Shown piece after piece: positions 1 through 13,543 of a stretch of 64,000 bases of DNA. Under the pieces are notes generated by a model. It was given only the letters and a program-made list of their open reading frames with translations, was not told the DNA's origin and made no database searches. Each line of letters begins with the position of its first letter. The first letter of the stretch is position 1. Made by a program: the position numbers and the translations under genes. Location: NCBI GenBank assembly GCA_028534125.1, contig CM052818.1:22074001-22138000 (forward strand). Direction: 5' to 3'. The DNA is from Lama glama. Its lineage: Eukaryota.

Positions 1-523
1 CCGGTTTGGCTGGCCTTGTATGATCAGCCCTTTTTGGACTAGAAAGAGACATCATTTTTCAAGGACGAATCTTTGGGATATTAGAAGATTTTGATAATCA
101 TGAATCTTTTGAGTGTAATAAAATCTGGGAAAGTATGAAAGTGGGTAGAAGTTACATATTTTTGGAAAGTTTTTAATTTTTAAAACTCATTCTTATTTGT
201 ACTTCTCTGAACTTGTCAGCTTCCTTGAAATTAGTCACTAAATGTTATCCCTGAGTGGAGCTCATGTTTTGTCAGTAACATTTGCGTTTTTCTCTGTGAC
301 TTAAAGAAGAAATTTCTCTGATCTCTGATATTTTGTAGTCAAATAAGTCATTATTTTTTTAGGTTTCTCATAAAGTATTAATATTTTCTGTAATACAGAA
401 TAAATTATTCATAGCTTTTTGTGTGTAGCCACTTGGTGCACATATTTAAAAGCTGGTCTTCAAGATGCATTAAAGTTAATACAGTTCATATAAGAAAAAC
501 CGTCGCCTGTTCTTCTTTTGTAG

Positions 524-728
524 ATGCTCTGACAACGCTAAAAACAACCTTAGATCTGGAGCAGGTACCTTCTAGGGTAGCAGTGACCCGCCTTATTCAG
601 GCATGCGCCTTGAAGGGTGATACGGAAAGTGTACAGGCAATTCAGAAGTTGGTAAATGGACTCGAAGATTCAATTGGACTTTCCCGAATGGTTTTCATCA
701 ATAACACCGCTTTAGCACAAATAAAGAG
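524..728 (+). CDS. LRPPRC: LRPPRC coding exon (7th from last)
   Basis: ttttgtag|ATGCT...ATAAAGAG|gtgagt; [33 protein letters not shown]...ALAQIK. Confidence 0.95.
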
Positions 729-3700
729 GTGAGTATTGTTGAACTTTCTTTCCCTCTGCTGGAAACTGGAAGAAGCATTACCTCAAATACCACCTTTTAA
801 AAACTAGGCGATTAGAAACCATATCAACTACAGGGGAAATATTGGTGGCAGTTGCTGGTTATTCTTTAACTATCAGGGAATAATTATACATTACAAAATA
901 TGTTTTAGCTTTAAGTTAAATTGTAGAATAAGCAACATTTATCAAATTTTTCAAATTCATTAAACTTGCTCCATGGTTGGTAACTTTTCTCGTTTAACTT
1001 TTCTTGCTGTCAGAGCAGTTGGTTGCAGAAGTGAAAAATGAGTTCATTTGATTGTCAGCAACACTTGAGGGTGACGCTCTACCAGCACATTGTGAAACAG
1101 GGCCCAGCAAGCTTGTTAAAAATTACATGCATTTCCACTTTCCCTACCCTCCTGCTCGTCTACCCCTGTTAGCACACAGCCACACAAAGGGAGTTTTTTA
1201 GAGCTGATTCTGTTACCACCACCTCTGGATTCCTTGTTGAGAATCACTACTGTAGAAGTAAATAAGAACTTGATTTTTACTAACTTCACTAGCAAAGTTA
1301 AAGATTCACAGGGTGACTGTGATTATGGAAGTAACATTCTTAATGGTTTTCCAAAAAAACCTGTTCCTTAGTAGTTAATCTTACGTGCATTCCATGGGTT
1401 TTGATAATAAAATGTCATACTGGTTTTTACAGGGTATTTTGTTTGTTCACGTTTATTTGGGCAGAGAAGAGGTTTTCTTTTAGTTTTCCTCCTTTTAAAA
1501 CTATTTTACCAGGTAGAACTTTAAACTTTCCCTTTAATTAGAAAATATGATTATTTTGAGTTAGACGATCCAGAAAATTATCCAAGAAAGATCTGAATGA
1601 ATTTTAAAACGTTACCGTATAAACACAGTTTTATATGATGTGGAGAATATGGTTTTAGTCACTATTAAATAATTCTGTAAAACCTGTAAGAGAAATTTAT
1701 TTTAATGGAGTGTTCATTTTTAGAGAATTCTTATTTTAGGTAATAATTCCAACATTAATTATTTGGATTTGAAGTGTCATATCATAATTGTGCAGTATCA
1801 ATTAAAAGAGAACCTTACCCGAAAAGATAGTCATAAAGATAATTTTTTTATCATAACTAGTTGAAAAAAAGCCATGTAATTGATTTTTTTTTACTGTAAA
1901 ATGTGAAGATCCTTTTTTCTGAGAATTTTAGTATAAACTGAGTATTTTTCAAATGTTGTATATTACCTGACAAAAACAAATTGTTGTGACTATGGGTTGA
2001 GCGATGTGAAACATCGTCAGCATTTTTAAGAATCCCGAGATGTTATTACACATTATCTTTACTTCCTGCAGTAGTGACCAGTTGTAGCTGTAGCATTTAA
2101 GCAAGTTTTCATTTAAATCCAAACAGCTACAAAAATCAAATTAAATCTTTGAGATATAATTTTTTTAAGTTATCATCATTCTTCTGTATATAATTGCTTG
2201 ATATTTTCTCTAGAGCAGTGTTTTAAAATAAGCAGCTACTTCAGTTACTGTAGCATGAAACATCTAGTGGTTGCTTTTGCCACCTAGATGTGATTGGGTT
2301 CAACTTGCATGGTGTTTTTTATCCAGTTAATTATAAATGTATTTCCTTTTTTTTTCCTAAAGTGAAATTTGTGAAGCCCAGAGCACTCATGCTGAAACTG
2401 CCTGCAGCATTAATACAAAAGCAAATCTTTTTTTATAATTTATTTTACTTTCTTTTACAGCAATAACACAGATGCTGCCATAGAAAACATTGAAAATATG
2501 CTAACCTCAGGGACTCAGGCCATGGAACTTCAGTACTTCGGCTTGGCATACTTATTCCGAAAAGTCATAGAGGAGCAGTTGGAACCAGCGCTTGAAAAGT
2601 GTAAGTGTGCTGTTCTAGCCAGAGAACAGAGAAGCACTTTTTCTCTCGAGTGAGTCTGGGCTGACTGACTTTGGTGGATGACTTAGTTACACCACAGTTT
2701 AAACGAAAGATTTTTTCTTACCTGTCATTTTTTCAGTAAGCATCATGGCAGAGAGACTGGCCAATCAGTTTGCAGTTTACAAACCTGTCACCGATCTCTT
2801 CCTTCAGCTTGTGGATTCAGGCAAGGTGGAGGATGCCAGAGCTCTCCTACAGGTAATGACCGCACCGCACGTGGAGCAGTGGGGCTTGTGGCTTGTGAGA
2901 AGTCAGCTGAGAAATTACTAGAGTCGGGTGTGTGGTAGAGTACTGGAAATGAGGTGCAATGCTGCTAGTACATTTAAAGTCAGTGTGAATCAAGGTTACA
3001 TGACAAGGACTGGATTGTACGTTACAGGTTGCTGGTTTAAAAGATGCCGGATCGGACTAGAACTGTCTTTAGATTTAAGTGGGGGTGGGAGAAGACATGT
3101 TTTGCTGAAGTGATTCAAAGACAAATGTTTCTGTGCAGATAGGTAATGCAAAACACTTCCTTTGATTTCCTTCTTTAATTTCTCTTATGCTTTAAATACT
3201 GTGCATCACCATGGCAACGGTTTGCAAACAAAAAGTAGGAAATGTTAGCTTTTCAAGTACAGCTTCTCACTTGCATACTCAAACATTCTCAGTGCCTTAT
3301 TCAAGGTTTATTAAGAGTTGAATTTGCTTTCTATTCACTTGTGTGTCACAGACACATTAAATGACAAATGCAGGTCTCTGTGGCCCACACTCTCAGTTAA
3401 ATTAGCGATCTTCAGGGAAGGAGACAACTGCATTCATGCCATTTTAACAGCACTAAGTATAAAGCCACGCCAAGTGCCGACAGAACGGCGGGGGATCGGA
3501 GCTGCCACTGGCAATGTACACAAACAGGCCCCGCTGGGGAGCCCCTTCCCAGCAGGTGGCAGTCAAACAGTCACTGCGATCCCGCCAGCGGCTGTGTTTG
3601 TGTAGACTCCCTGTGTCAAATTGAGGCCTGGGACCAATTTCGATAGTAAATAGTATTATGTTCACTTACGTCTTTCCGAGCTGCGACACATCTTGAGTAG

Positions 3701-6700
3701 TAGATAGGGAAGGTAAAACTGTACCCATTGGCTGGAGCTCTACTTTCGATCCTTCCAAGTTCATCAATTTTGACAGTGGACTCCAAGCCATTTTTAAAAG
3801 GAATTCCTGAGACATTTCCCTGGTAATAGTTTTGTACAAAGTATAAATTGGCACTTCCTCTAAAGGTTTTTTACTTTTGATCCTAAAGGGAGAGAAGTTC
3901 CAGGGAACAGAATTTTCTTGTTTGGTTTGATTTGTTTACATTTTCTCTCCTTTATAAATTTTTTTTAAACAGAAAAGGCAATTTGTGATAAGGATTTCAG
4001 GAATCTTTTAATTGCTTTATCTTGTCTTTAGAGTTAAAAGTTCTACCTTGAAAGCAAATCTAATGCTTTATCTCTGTGTGTACATACCTGAATGTACCTA
4101 CTCAGGGTTTATACACGTCTAACTTTACGTGTGATAGTATCCGTTCAGTTTTAACACAGTGTTGATAGCTCTTTAGAAAGTGACCCTTGGTATTTCAGCT
4201 ATCAGCTTATTCTGAGAGCCATCTTCAGGGCTCTTAGAAGCAGGACTGACCACAGCCCAGGGTGGGAGATAGCAGGGACGTCGCAGCTGCCCTTGGAGCT
4301 GCGTTTACCCGCAACGGCCTGTCTAGGGCTCTTCATGACAGCCGAGTGTTGCTGCAACAGCACAGTCTTCTCATTTTTATTCCTTCAATAGACTGAGGTT
4401 TTAGATGATAAACCCTTTACCCATTCTTTGCTTGCTTGTCAAACAGTGAAAGATTGTTCTTGCTGTAGTGAAGAATACTTTATTCACAGATGTCGAAAGC
4501 ATCCGTTTATAGTATAAATGTTCTGTGTGTCCCCCAAAGTTCTTTTTATACTAGTCGTTTTAGTATTGACAATGTTTTAAAGCTTTGAAAGAGCAATGTG
4601 CTTTTAGAAACTTAAGAGAATGACATTTGTGATGAGTGTAAACTAAAATACTGTCTTGCCATATTTGATTTTACTATAGCATCTAAGATGGGATAGACAC
4701 TTGATTTATCTGGTCTGTCATATAAACTTTTTTTTTTTTGAGTTTAACTTTTGTCTCTTTCTCAAGCACTGGCTGTCTGTTGCCATGAAAGCCTTTTATA
4801 AAATAGAGAGATTGAAATCAGTCCTTTTGTATGCATAAGTGTAGGTAATTATACTTTAAAGAGAACTTGCTTTGTACATTTTAATTTTTATAAAGAAACG
4901 AGCAGTTATCTCCCTGACACCTTATTAAATGTATAATTAACCTTATGATCCCTAGCTCACTTGTGAATGCTTGGCAGTATAATTGGAGAGGAATAGTGTT
5001 TCTTTTTTTCATCTTCCTTTGCAGTCCTAAACCTTATTCTGTGGTTGTTGAAGCATTAGTTTAATTTTTCCCTTTTCTTTTTAAACAAACTTTATAGTTG
5101 CAATGCCAAGGGCAGCATTCACAAAAGCTTGGCATAGTTTGCATTTGTTTTCTTTCTTCTTGCCTTAAAAAATTTGGTTGACTATTAGGCCTTCCTATTG
5201 GTAATGATACATTACTGTATTATTGTGAACTTTCTAATTGGAAATATTCACCTTGGTCTGTTTGTTTGTCAGAAACCTTCACTTACCTGACCACTGTTTC
5301 AATTTTCAGAGATGTGGAGCAATTGCTGAACAAATTCCAATTATCTTGGTGTTCTGTATTAGGACTTCTCGGAAATTGGGAAAGGTATGGTGCTTTACTT
5401 GCTGATAAATCATTAACGCTATAAGCCAGTCTTGTTCAAAGGTATCGAGTATCACAGAAGAGCTTATTAGCACAGGACCTTTTCGAAAAATACAGCAGAT
5501 ATTGAACACTTGCTGGTCTGTACTTGTTTACTGTTTTAGATGTGGATATAGAGTCAGCTCTGGCTCATTGGTTGTACTGGAAATGCAAAACAAGTTTATG
5601 CAGTGAATTCTTCATTCATGTAGTTGTGCACTGATCTGATCCCCAAGAAAGGGCCCTTAGAAATGTAAGGTAAAAATCCTGTTGCTTGGGTCACTTGGTA
5701 CATTTAATAGTACAGAGCACTGCTGATGGAGACTTCCACCGTGGGGCATCTCCTGTCAGGTGGAAATCGTCGGGTAGATGAACCACTTAGCGTTCAGACG
5801 GATATGTGCCACAAATTAATGTTCTCAGCTTGCGCAGTTACCTATTTACACTAAAAAGTACATGTGAAAGAGACAGGTCCTATTTTTGATGTTTTTTTGA
5901 AAAAAGAATAAAAGCATATTTCAAAAAGATTTCTATGTGAAACAGGTTGTTTCCAGCTCTTAGAGGTCTAGTTTTCCTTAATTTTCATATACTGCCCCCC
6001 AAAAAAACACTTAAAATTTTTTTTTTACCTAATTGCACTTTTTAATCTCTGACTCCTGTATTTATTTACAACAAATAACATTTAGAAAATATTTAGTGGT
6101 CCTTTGTTTTTCCTTTCAAAGAGACTGTCTTTTTAAATTTGTAATTTAAAAGTGTAAGAAATCTTTAAAAGCACTTGTCACTCCACCAGTGGGGCTTTGC
6201 CAAGTACCTACTGCCTTATTAAGAAGATGGGACAGGAAATGTACCGTAATATATCTGTGTAGAAGATTCTTCCCAGGACACTTTAAATTGCTAGAAGTCC
6301 TGGAAAGATGTGGGTCCAAGTATGTATGGACTGAATAAACATGCTAAAAAGTAAATCAGGATTTTTGAAAATTCCCAGTTACAATGTCTAGCTCTCTGAC
6401 AGTGGAATAATTAAGCCAGATTTAGCATTCCTTGGTGTTACGGAAACAGGACATAAATGTGTATAAAATCCTCAATTTTATAATGTATCCTAAATCTTTG
6501 ACTTACCCAGCAGCATTGGGGTATGTTTGGAAATATTCAGTGGTTATTCATTAGGATGTGGTAGTTCTGTATGAACTACAGGAAGTAAAATTATAACTAT
6601 GTCTGGATACTCCTGAAAGTGATCAAGTAAAAGTTTAAGTGATACCTTGGAAATACTCTGCGTATATACCAAGTAGGGAAAACTTCAGAATGTCTGATTC

Positions 6701-9700
6701 AGTTCTTTACATTTCATCTAAAAATTTTGGCACCTAAAAAACACGGTTATTCTGTCTTCTACCCTTTGGGATCACATAACTTCCTGGGATGGTTACCAGT
6801 TGACAAAAGAAGCAATCTTTATACTTTAGAAAAATATTCATAGAAATACAAATGGAATTGCATTAACTTTTGAAAAATGTTGGTTTGTTTTGGCTGTAAA
6901 TTATTAAATCAAAATCAGATGTAGTCATCCCTTGGTGTCTGCAGGTTATTGGTTCCAGGACACCTGAGGATACCAAACTTTGCAAATGTTCAAGTCCATG
7001 ATATAAAATGGTGTAGTATTTGCATATGATGTACCACACATCTCTCATATACTTTAGATCATCTCTAGATTACTTATAATACCTAACATAATGTGAATGC
7101 TATGTGAATATTTGCTGACATGATGCAAATTCAACTTTTGCCATTTTGAACTTCCTGGGGTCTTTTTTTTCTGAATATTTTCCATCTGTGTTTGGTTGAA
7201 TCCGCAGATTCAGAACCCGCTGGATACAGAGGGCTGACTGCTCTAAAATATACAGAGGGAGAAATAGTCCATTAAATTGAATAGACAGTTGTATTGTCAT
7301 TGCTGTCAAGATTTTTTTTGTATTATGTCCATATACCAGTGTTCTATTTCACCGTTCTTTTGAGTTGTAGTAATGTTACCTGTATTTAATTTCCTAGGCA
7401 CCAGCTATGAAATCTTTGTTAGAATTGATTCCTGAATTAATTGAAAAGGAAGAAGCATATACTTCCATCATGAAAAGCTATGGTAATAAGTTCACTCTAA
7501 CTGCATTATTTAAGTGATTTAAATATCTGTAGTATAGTCAGCTAAGTCTTCAGCTCAAAGGCAGTAATCCTATCAGATATTACTTACGATATAAATTATT
7601 TAGCTTCAGAATGTTTTTAAGATATATTAAGGAAAATGGGAAATTACTCATAAAATTTTTACATAAAGTATCACTGAGCATCTTCAGAGGGGCCTACATT
7701 TATTGAGTATGCTCTTAGGCTCCTGGAAAGACTTGGAAGCCCACTTGGGTGTACATATTGGGAGCCAGTTCAGTCTCTCCAAGGGCCTGCCACCTGAAAT
7801 GTAACATGAAATAGGTACATATCTGAGATTATCACTTGATTTGCCTTCTTGCTCTGTCAGTGCCCTCCTCTCCTGCCTACCTGCTCCTTTGAAATAGCGG
7901 ACCCCTTAATTAAAAAGTGGGTCCCAAGGTTTTACCTTAAGTCACAGGTAAAATTCCAGTCTTTTAAACAGTTTGCTCCCTGATTGCCAGCCAATCACAT
8001 ATGAAAAGGAGCCAGTCTACAGTTTCCTCAGTAATCCAGATAAATGTTAGCATTTCTAAGTTACGATCACCTGTCCATCTGACACCCACTGATTTGCTCA
8101 CTTGAGGCAAGGGGTAAATACTTGTTTTGTTGACTTTACTGCTGGCAGGACATCAGACTCAGCAATCAGAATTAATAAACTGGCTCTCCATTTTTTCACC
8201 CTTATGAGCGGAACATGATATTTCATAACAGTGCTATAATCACAAGCTTTCTTAAAGTTTTATATGGGGAATTGGCAAATATTAACTAATAACGAAATAA
8301 GATGAAATAGTGTAAAACTACTACTATACTGTGTAATCGCACTTGGGAACCAGGAGGGAGAAGAGCAGGGGGGCCAGGAAGTAGTGCAAGGGAAGATAGG
8401 AGGGTTTTCCCAGCAGCTTCCTAGAAGGTAGAACCTGAGCTGAGCCCTTGACTCAGGGGAAGGATTTGGTCCCTTGGGGAGGGGGACAAGGGATTTACAT
8501 AGAGGGAACTACTTCACCCAAACTGTGAAGATCTGTTCAAGTCCAGGGAGAGCTGAAGAGTCACCCACCCTCTTTCCCTTCTGGGAGATTCTTGGATCAA
8601 TCCCTGACCTTCCCACATCCATCCTGGAGGCTCACCTTGGTGCTCCTAGAGTTGGGATAGGTTATTCAGCATCAGTGTAGGGCAGGGGGTTGTTAATTGC
8701 TTAGATACTAAAAATCTAACGCAAAATTGAAGAGTTGAATCACCAACAGTAATTGTTAGCAGAGCCTTTTTAATCTTACCAGTGAACTTAAAAACAAAAT
8801 TTTTGCAAATCAGCCACAAGTAGAGAGCCAGCTAAACTTAGCCCCTAGGCTACTTCATCCAATTAAGTGAAATATTAGTGTAACTTATTAATGTTTTATG
8901 GGTGTGTATAGATTTTTTATGTATATTGATAATGTATATACATTTCTTTTGGTCATCGTAGCCAACCATATTCCTCATATGCTTATTTGACAATGGGAGA
9001 AGGTATTGAAAGTCTTTTGGTGTTGTTTAGCTGATGATCTTGATATTGGTATAGATACAGACTTCCACATCACTTACTTTACAGGCCCCTCACTGCAACA
9101 GTCCCCAAATTAGCTTGATTTCAAGTGGAGTTTTAAGCAAAAGAAGGTTGAATGCTGTATACTTACTCTATGTTTGAAGACTTCAGTTTGTGGTCACTTT
9201 AAGTAGCATGCGTCTTTTACAATAGCCATATTTGTCATTCTCCTTATCTTTCATAGGGAATAATGCTGAATGAGGGGTAGGGAATGAAGGAGGGGAGGTT
9301 ATAGATTCTGAATGTGGCTTTCTGCTGAAGGTGATGAAGTATTTGTTTCCTTTGGGATAAAAAGAGATCCAGGAGTCCCTGAAAGGCTAAGTGTTTTGGG
9401 GAAAGGAGAAGATGGGTTGCTTTTATCTATGATTAATATCTTCTTCTTTCAGTCTTGGACAATGATGTTGCATCTGCTAAAGCACTATATGAAAATTTGA
9501 CTGCGAAGGATGTAAAATTGAATGATATGTTTCTGAAGCGTTACGCAGTTTTGCTGAAGAATGCTGGAGAGTCTGTCCCTTTCACCGAACCCCCTGTGAG
9601 TATTTCTTAATTAAGAGGGGAAAAATACCTCTACAGATTTGTGTGTGCTTCATAATAATGTGTAAAAAAATAAGTTGAATACTTAATTACATGAGGATTA

Positions 9701-10751
9701 GATCTCTGTGAAGGACCCTCGAGGGAGGGCTTCAGGAACTGAACAGCCGTGCCGTGGGTTTGGCTGTGGGAGAACATAGCCCTCTGGGGCTGAGGTCTAA
9801 AATACGAGGTCAATCTCAGACCTTCAGCTCTAGGTATGAATTTATCAAATGTCCTTGGGGCAGTTCTCTCTTCATTTCAACTTGAAATAGGATTTAATGG
9901 CCAGTATTTCAATAGCCAAGCATATTATGTCACTATTAATTACTTGTTCGCTTCCATTTTAAATAGGTTGGTTTTTATTTCATCTAGGAATTTTTTTAAT
10001 TGAGGTATAATTGACATTATATTAGTTTCAGGTGTACAACATAATAATTCGAAATTTGTGTATATTGCAAAACGATCGCCACAATAAGTCCGGTTAACAT
10101 TTGTCACCATACAGAATCACAAAAAAGATTTTTTTGTGATGAGAGCTTTCAAGATCTACTCTCCTAGCTGCTTGCAAATACGCAGTACAGTATTATTAAC
10201 TAGACTCACTGTGCTATATGTTATGTTCCCATGACTTAACTCATTTTGTACCTGGAAATTTGAACTCCTTGACCTATCTTCCTCCTCCCTCAACACCCTT
10301 GACTGACCTCAGGCAGCTACCAGTCTGTTCTCCCATATCCATTAGCTTGGTTTTATTTATTCATGTTTTTCAGATTCCAAATGTAAGTGAGATCACACAG
10401 TGTTTATCTTTTTCTGCCTGACTTATTTTACTTAGCATAATACCCTCAGGGTCCACCCATGTTGCTGCAAATGGCAAGATTTCATTCTTTTTATAGCTGA
10501 ATAATATTCGTGTGTGACATTTTCTGTATCTATTCATCCATCAGTGGACATTTAGGTTGTGTCCATGTCCTGGCTATTGTAAATGCCGTAATGAACATGG
10601 GTGGGGGGCAGAACTTTATGATTTTTGAGTGTTGTTCCATCACTTCTTACTGGTAACTTTTATGTGTAATTTCCCTCCTTTCTTCCCTCTACAGGAAAGC
10701 TTTGAATTTTATGCAAAGCAGCTAAAGGAATTGAAGGAAAACCCTTTGTGA
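524..10751 (+). CDS. LRPPRC: LRPPRC (leucine-rich PPR motif-containing protein, mitochondrial), last 7 coding exons; 5' part lies outside the window
   Basis: Exons 524-728, 2461-2600, 2737-2852, 5310-5384, 7398-7482, 9453-9595 and 10695-10751 splice in frame at AG/GT. They encode ...DALTTLKT...[19 protein letters not shown]...[18 protein letters not shown], matching the LRPPRC C-terminus; synteny with ABCG8 agrees. Confidence 0.97.
2461..2600 (+). CDS. LRPPRC: LRPPRC coding exon (6th from last)
   Basis: ttttacag|CAATAAC...GAAAAGT|gtaagt; [46 protein letters not shown]. Confidence 0.95.
2737..2852 (+). CDS. LRPPRC: LRPPRC coding exon (5th from last)
   Basis: tttttcag|TAAGC...CTACAG|gtaatg; [38 protein letters not shown]. 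Confidence 0.95.
5310..5384 (+). CDS. LRPPRC: LRPPRC coding exon (4th from last)
   Basis: ttttcag|AGATGT...GGAAAG|gtatgg; [25 protein letters not shown]. Confidence 0.93.
6922..7240. mobile_element. MER2-like Tigger/Tc-mariner MITE
   Basis: Inverted termini (t)agtcatcccttggtgtctg...ggatacagagggctgactg; internal sequence resembles MER2. Confidence 0.8.
7398..7482 (+). CDS. LRPPRC: LRPPRC coding exon (3rd from last)
   Basis: ttcctag|GCACCA...AGCTATG|gtaata; [28 protein letters not shown]. Confidence 0.93.
9453..9595 (+). CDS. LRPPRC: LRPPRC penultimate exon
   Basis: tctttcag|TCTTGG...CCCCCT|gtgagt; [48 protein letters not shown]. Confidence 0.95.
9991..10605 (-). mobile_element. Old L1 3' end (L1MA9/L1-2-type), antisense
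   Basis: T-tract followed by attgaggtataattgac...ttcagattcc...gttgctgcaaatggcaagatttcattc, typical of an L1 3'UTR. Confidence 0.8.
10695..10751 (+). CDS. LRPPRC: LRPPRC last coding exon
   Basis: ctctacag|GAAAGC...[24 protein letters not shown]. Confidence 0.95.
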   Translation, partial: ESFEFYAKQLKELKENPL

Positions 10752-10834
10752 AACAACTGGGCACTACTTTGTTTTGTGTGTATTTGTGATTCTGTGTCTA
10801 AAATGTTATTTTTTAAATGTATATGAGAGGACAA

Positions 10835-10840
10835 AATAAA
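10835..10840 (+). terminator. Proximal poly(A) signal of LRPPRC
   Basis: AATAAA about 85 nt after the stop, followed by a T/GT-rich tract. Confidence 0.6.
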
Positions 10841-12777
10841 CAAATGAAAAGTTACCTTGTTTATGTACTCTTATTTATTCATAGTATAGGATATGTTCAA
10901 CATCTTATTGACAACAACTGTGTGTACTGAGTCACTTGAATTTTGGGAAGTTTGCCTATAATGTAAATGTATGGCATTTTCTTTGAGGTGTCTGGTGTAT
11001 GAAGCCATTGTTTTTCAGGGTTCTTCTCCCAGTTGACTCTTTAGATCCCATGCTTATTTTATTTCATTTATTATTTTCATAAAAAGGTTGTTCCTTTGGT
11101 TAAGACTTGCTTGTCAGTAATGTTTGTCTGGAAACTTTTGGAGCTGGACAAAATGATGCTCATTGAGCTTTCTAATGCTTAATATTCTGTGAAATAACAA
11201 TTCTTTACTTATTTAAAGCCCTGTACACTTTTCCGATCTTGTAAAATGTTGGCACCAGAAGGCATCTCATGATTCATCAGATCCAGCGCTCGTCATTTCC
11301 CAGTGAGAAGCTGAGACTCACAGAGGCTTGCACTTGGTCAGGGCGCTCCCTTCCGGGTCTTCCCTCTACCACGATGGCCCCCATGGAGCCTCTGTTCACA
11401 GACGTCTCCAAAACTACATCTGAGTCGTGACTTTGGTTATGAAGTAGAGCAATGCGCTTTCTCTCGTCCTGGTTCCAGGTCTTCATCAGCACAGGCTGTA
11501 CCCTACACTGGACTCATATCCAATGAACATGTGATGAAGTATACATGAAGGAGTGAAATCTTGGTTTGTGTTCAGTTTTATCGAAGTTATCCCCAAATTG
11601 GCCTTCATGCCTGTTAATATCTATATTGTAACTAGTTACTGTAAAGGAACCCAAGATGGGTAGTCAAGATGGTTTGCCATCTTAATATGTAATGTTGATC
11701 TATTTGGGGATTATGTAATTAATTTTTAAAATGTTGAAAGTGCTTTATTTGAGAGTTATCCCCACCTTGATGTAGTCATTGTCCATTTGGAAATCGATGA
11801 TTAGCTGTTGTTTTGGTTTCAGTGAAGTTACTTGGTTCCCACCGTCTACATGAAGAGAGACACGGCCTTGGCAGAAGGGACTGGGGCGGGTAAGCCGGCC
11901 TCATGCTGTTTATGTTGCTAACCTGTGTCTTGTGGGACGAGCCATCCTAGAGCCTACAGATGGCATGACAGCAGGGTTGATGGACGGAAGCCAAGAAAAA
12001 ACGTCATCATGGCATCAGCCATGCTTTCCTTCTCTCTGTGGTAGTCAGGGGCTTGGTCAGTGCCGAGTCCCAGCCTAGAGGACTTGGTGAAGCTTTCCTT
12101 TGTGCACTCCTCGGTGCAGGACTTCTACATGTTGTAGTTTTGATATTACCTGATTTGCCGTGAGCCTCACTCCATTAGTCATTCCACTGAAGCAGGCCTT
12201 ATAGTTGTAGTTATGCTAACCATAAGTTAGTTGAGCTAAATTTTATTGCTAGTCACTAAAATAGGTCTCTAAAATGAGGTGGAACCTTTGGGGCATAATC
12301 TGGACTTCCCAGTCATCTGTGGGGAAACTGGGAGTACAAACTCATTTGCATGAAGCAGTTCCAGGGCAGTCTTGTATATAGACTCTGGTAAAAGGTGGGT
12401 CTAGTGCAGAAGAAGCAGATGCAGATCCTTCGTCTAGCATTCTGAACAGCAGTCTGGACCATTAAATGTATTACATGCAGTAAAGAACTATCAGGTTGTT
12501 TATCTGTGGCACTGTATTGGTTTCCCCTTTGGAATGTAAATATTTAAAATGTAATCATTGCATATTCTAGGTGGGCTTATGAATGCTTTCTAAGTATCTA
12601 ATAGCAAAATTAAAATAAATAGAAACAGTAAACAATTATAGCAGCACTGAGTGATACCTTTTAGACTCAAATTATAAGCAAACAGCTAATTCTAAAAGGT
12701 AAACATCTGTTAACTTCGGGAAAGTATAGTGTTTTATATGATTGTACTTTAATATAATTTTAATGTGAAATGCTTTG

Positions 12778-12783
12778 AATAAA
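12778..12783 (+). terminator. Candidate distal poly(A) signal of LRPPRC
   Basis: AATAAA after an AT-rich, TGTA-containing upstream region, followed by a T-rich tract (cttcttcgtttttat). Confidence 0.5.
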
Positions 12784-13543
12784 TTGTACTCCAAAAACCC
12801 ACTGGCTTCTTCGTTTTTATCTTAACAAATTGCATAACTTCTTTAAAGCCATTTCAAGGACTTTAGTCTGGAAATTTTCAATGGAAAATTGTGTGGTGGC
12901 CACTATTGTGGCCAGAATTTCTTTGTTAAATGGTGTTCAGAATCAACAAAGTCACCGTATTCTGTTTAAGGAGCTATTTAATAAATTGTACCAGGAAGAA
13001 TAACAAAGTTAGAGTTGGGTTATGGTAAACGACACTGAAAACAAAGGGGATTTTACCTTGCTTTAAGTGTCAGACGGAGCATTTTACAGGCATGCAGATG
13101 ACTGGGAGCCCTGTCCCCACCCTCCTGTTCTTGGCTTGTGAGTGCTCCCAAGGCCGGCACCAGTGTCACTGCTCCAGCCAGTGTATTAATTGTTCTCTCT
13201 CTGCAGCTCCCACAGCCACTTGAAAGCAGAACCAGTATCACACAGGCTGTGAACTTCGGGGGAGCAGCTCTCTGTGTAAGTATCCCCAGGCCTTGCATAT
13301 ACCCGAGTTGTCAGGTGTGTTCTGTGGGTTCTACCACATGTCAGGCACCCCTCTTGCCTGATATTCACAGTGAGAAAACTTGCTCACAGAAGTTAATTTG
13401 TCCAGAATCACAGCGATACATCACATGTCGAGGATTCTTGACAGTCTTACCGTGAGAATACAAAAAAAACTGATGCAGTCCAGTTAACTCAGTTAAAAAT
13501 GCAGTTAAAGCCAAATTGGAAGCTCTATAAGAATTTTTTTTTA

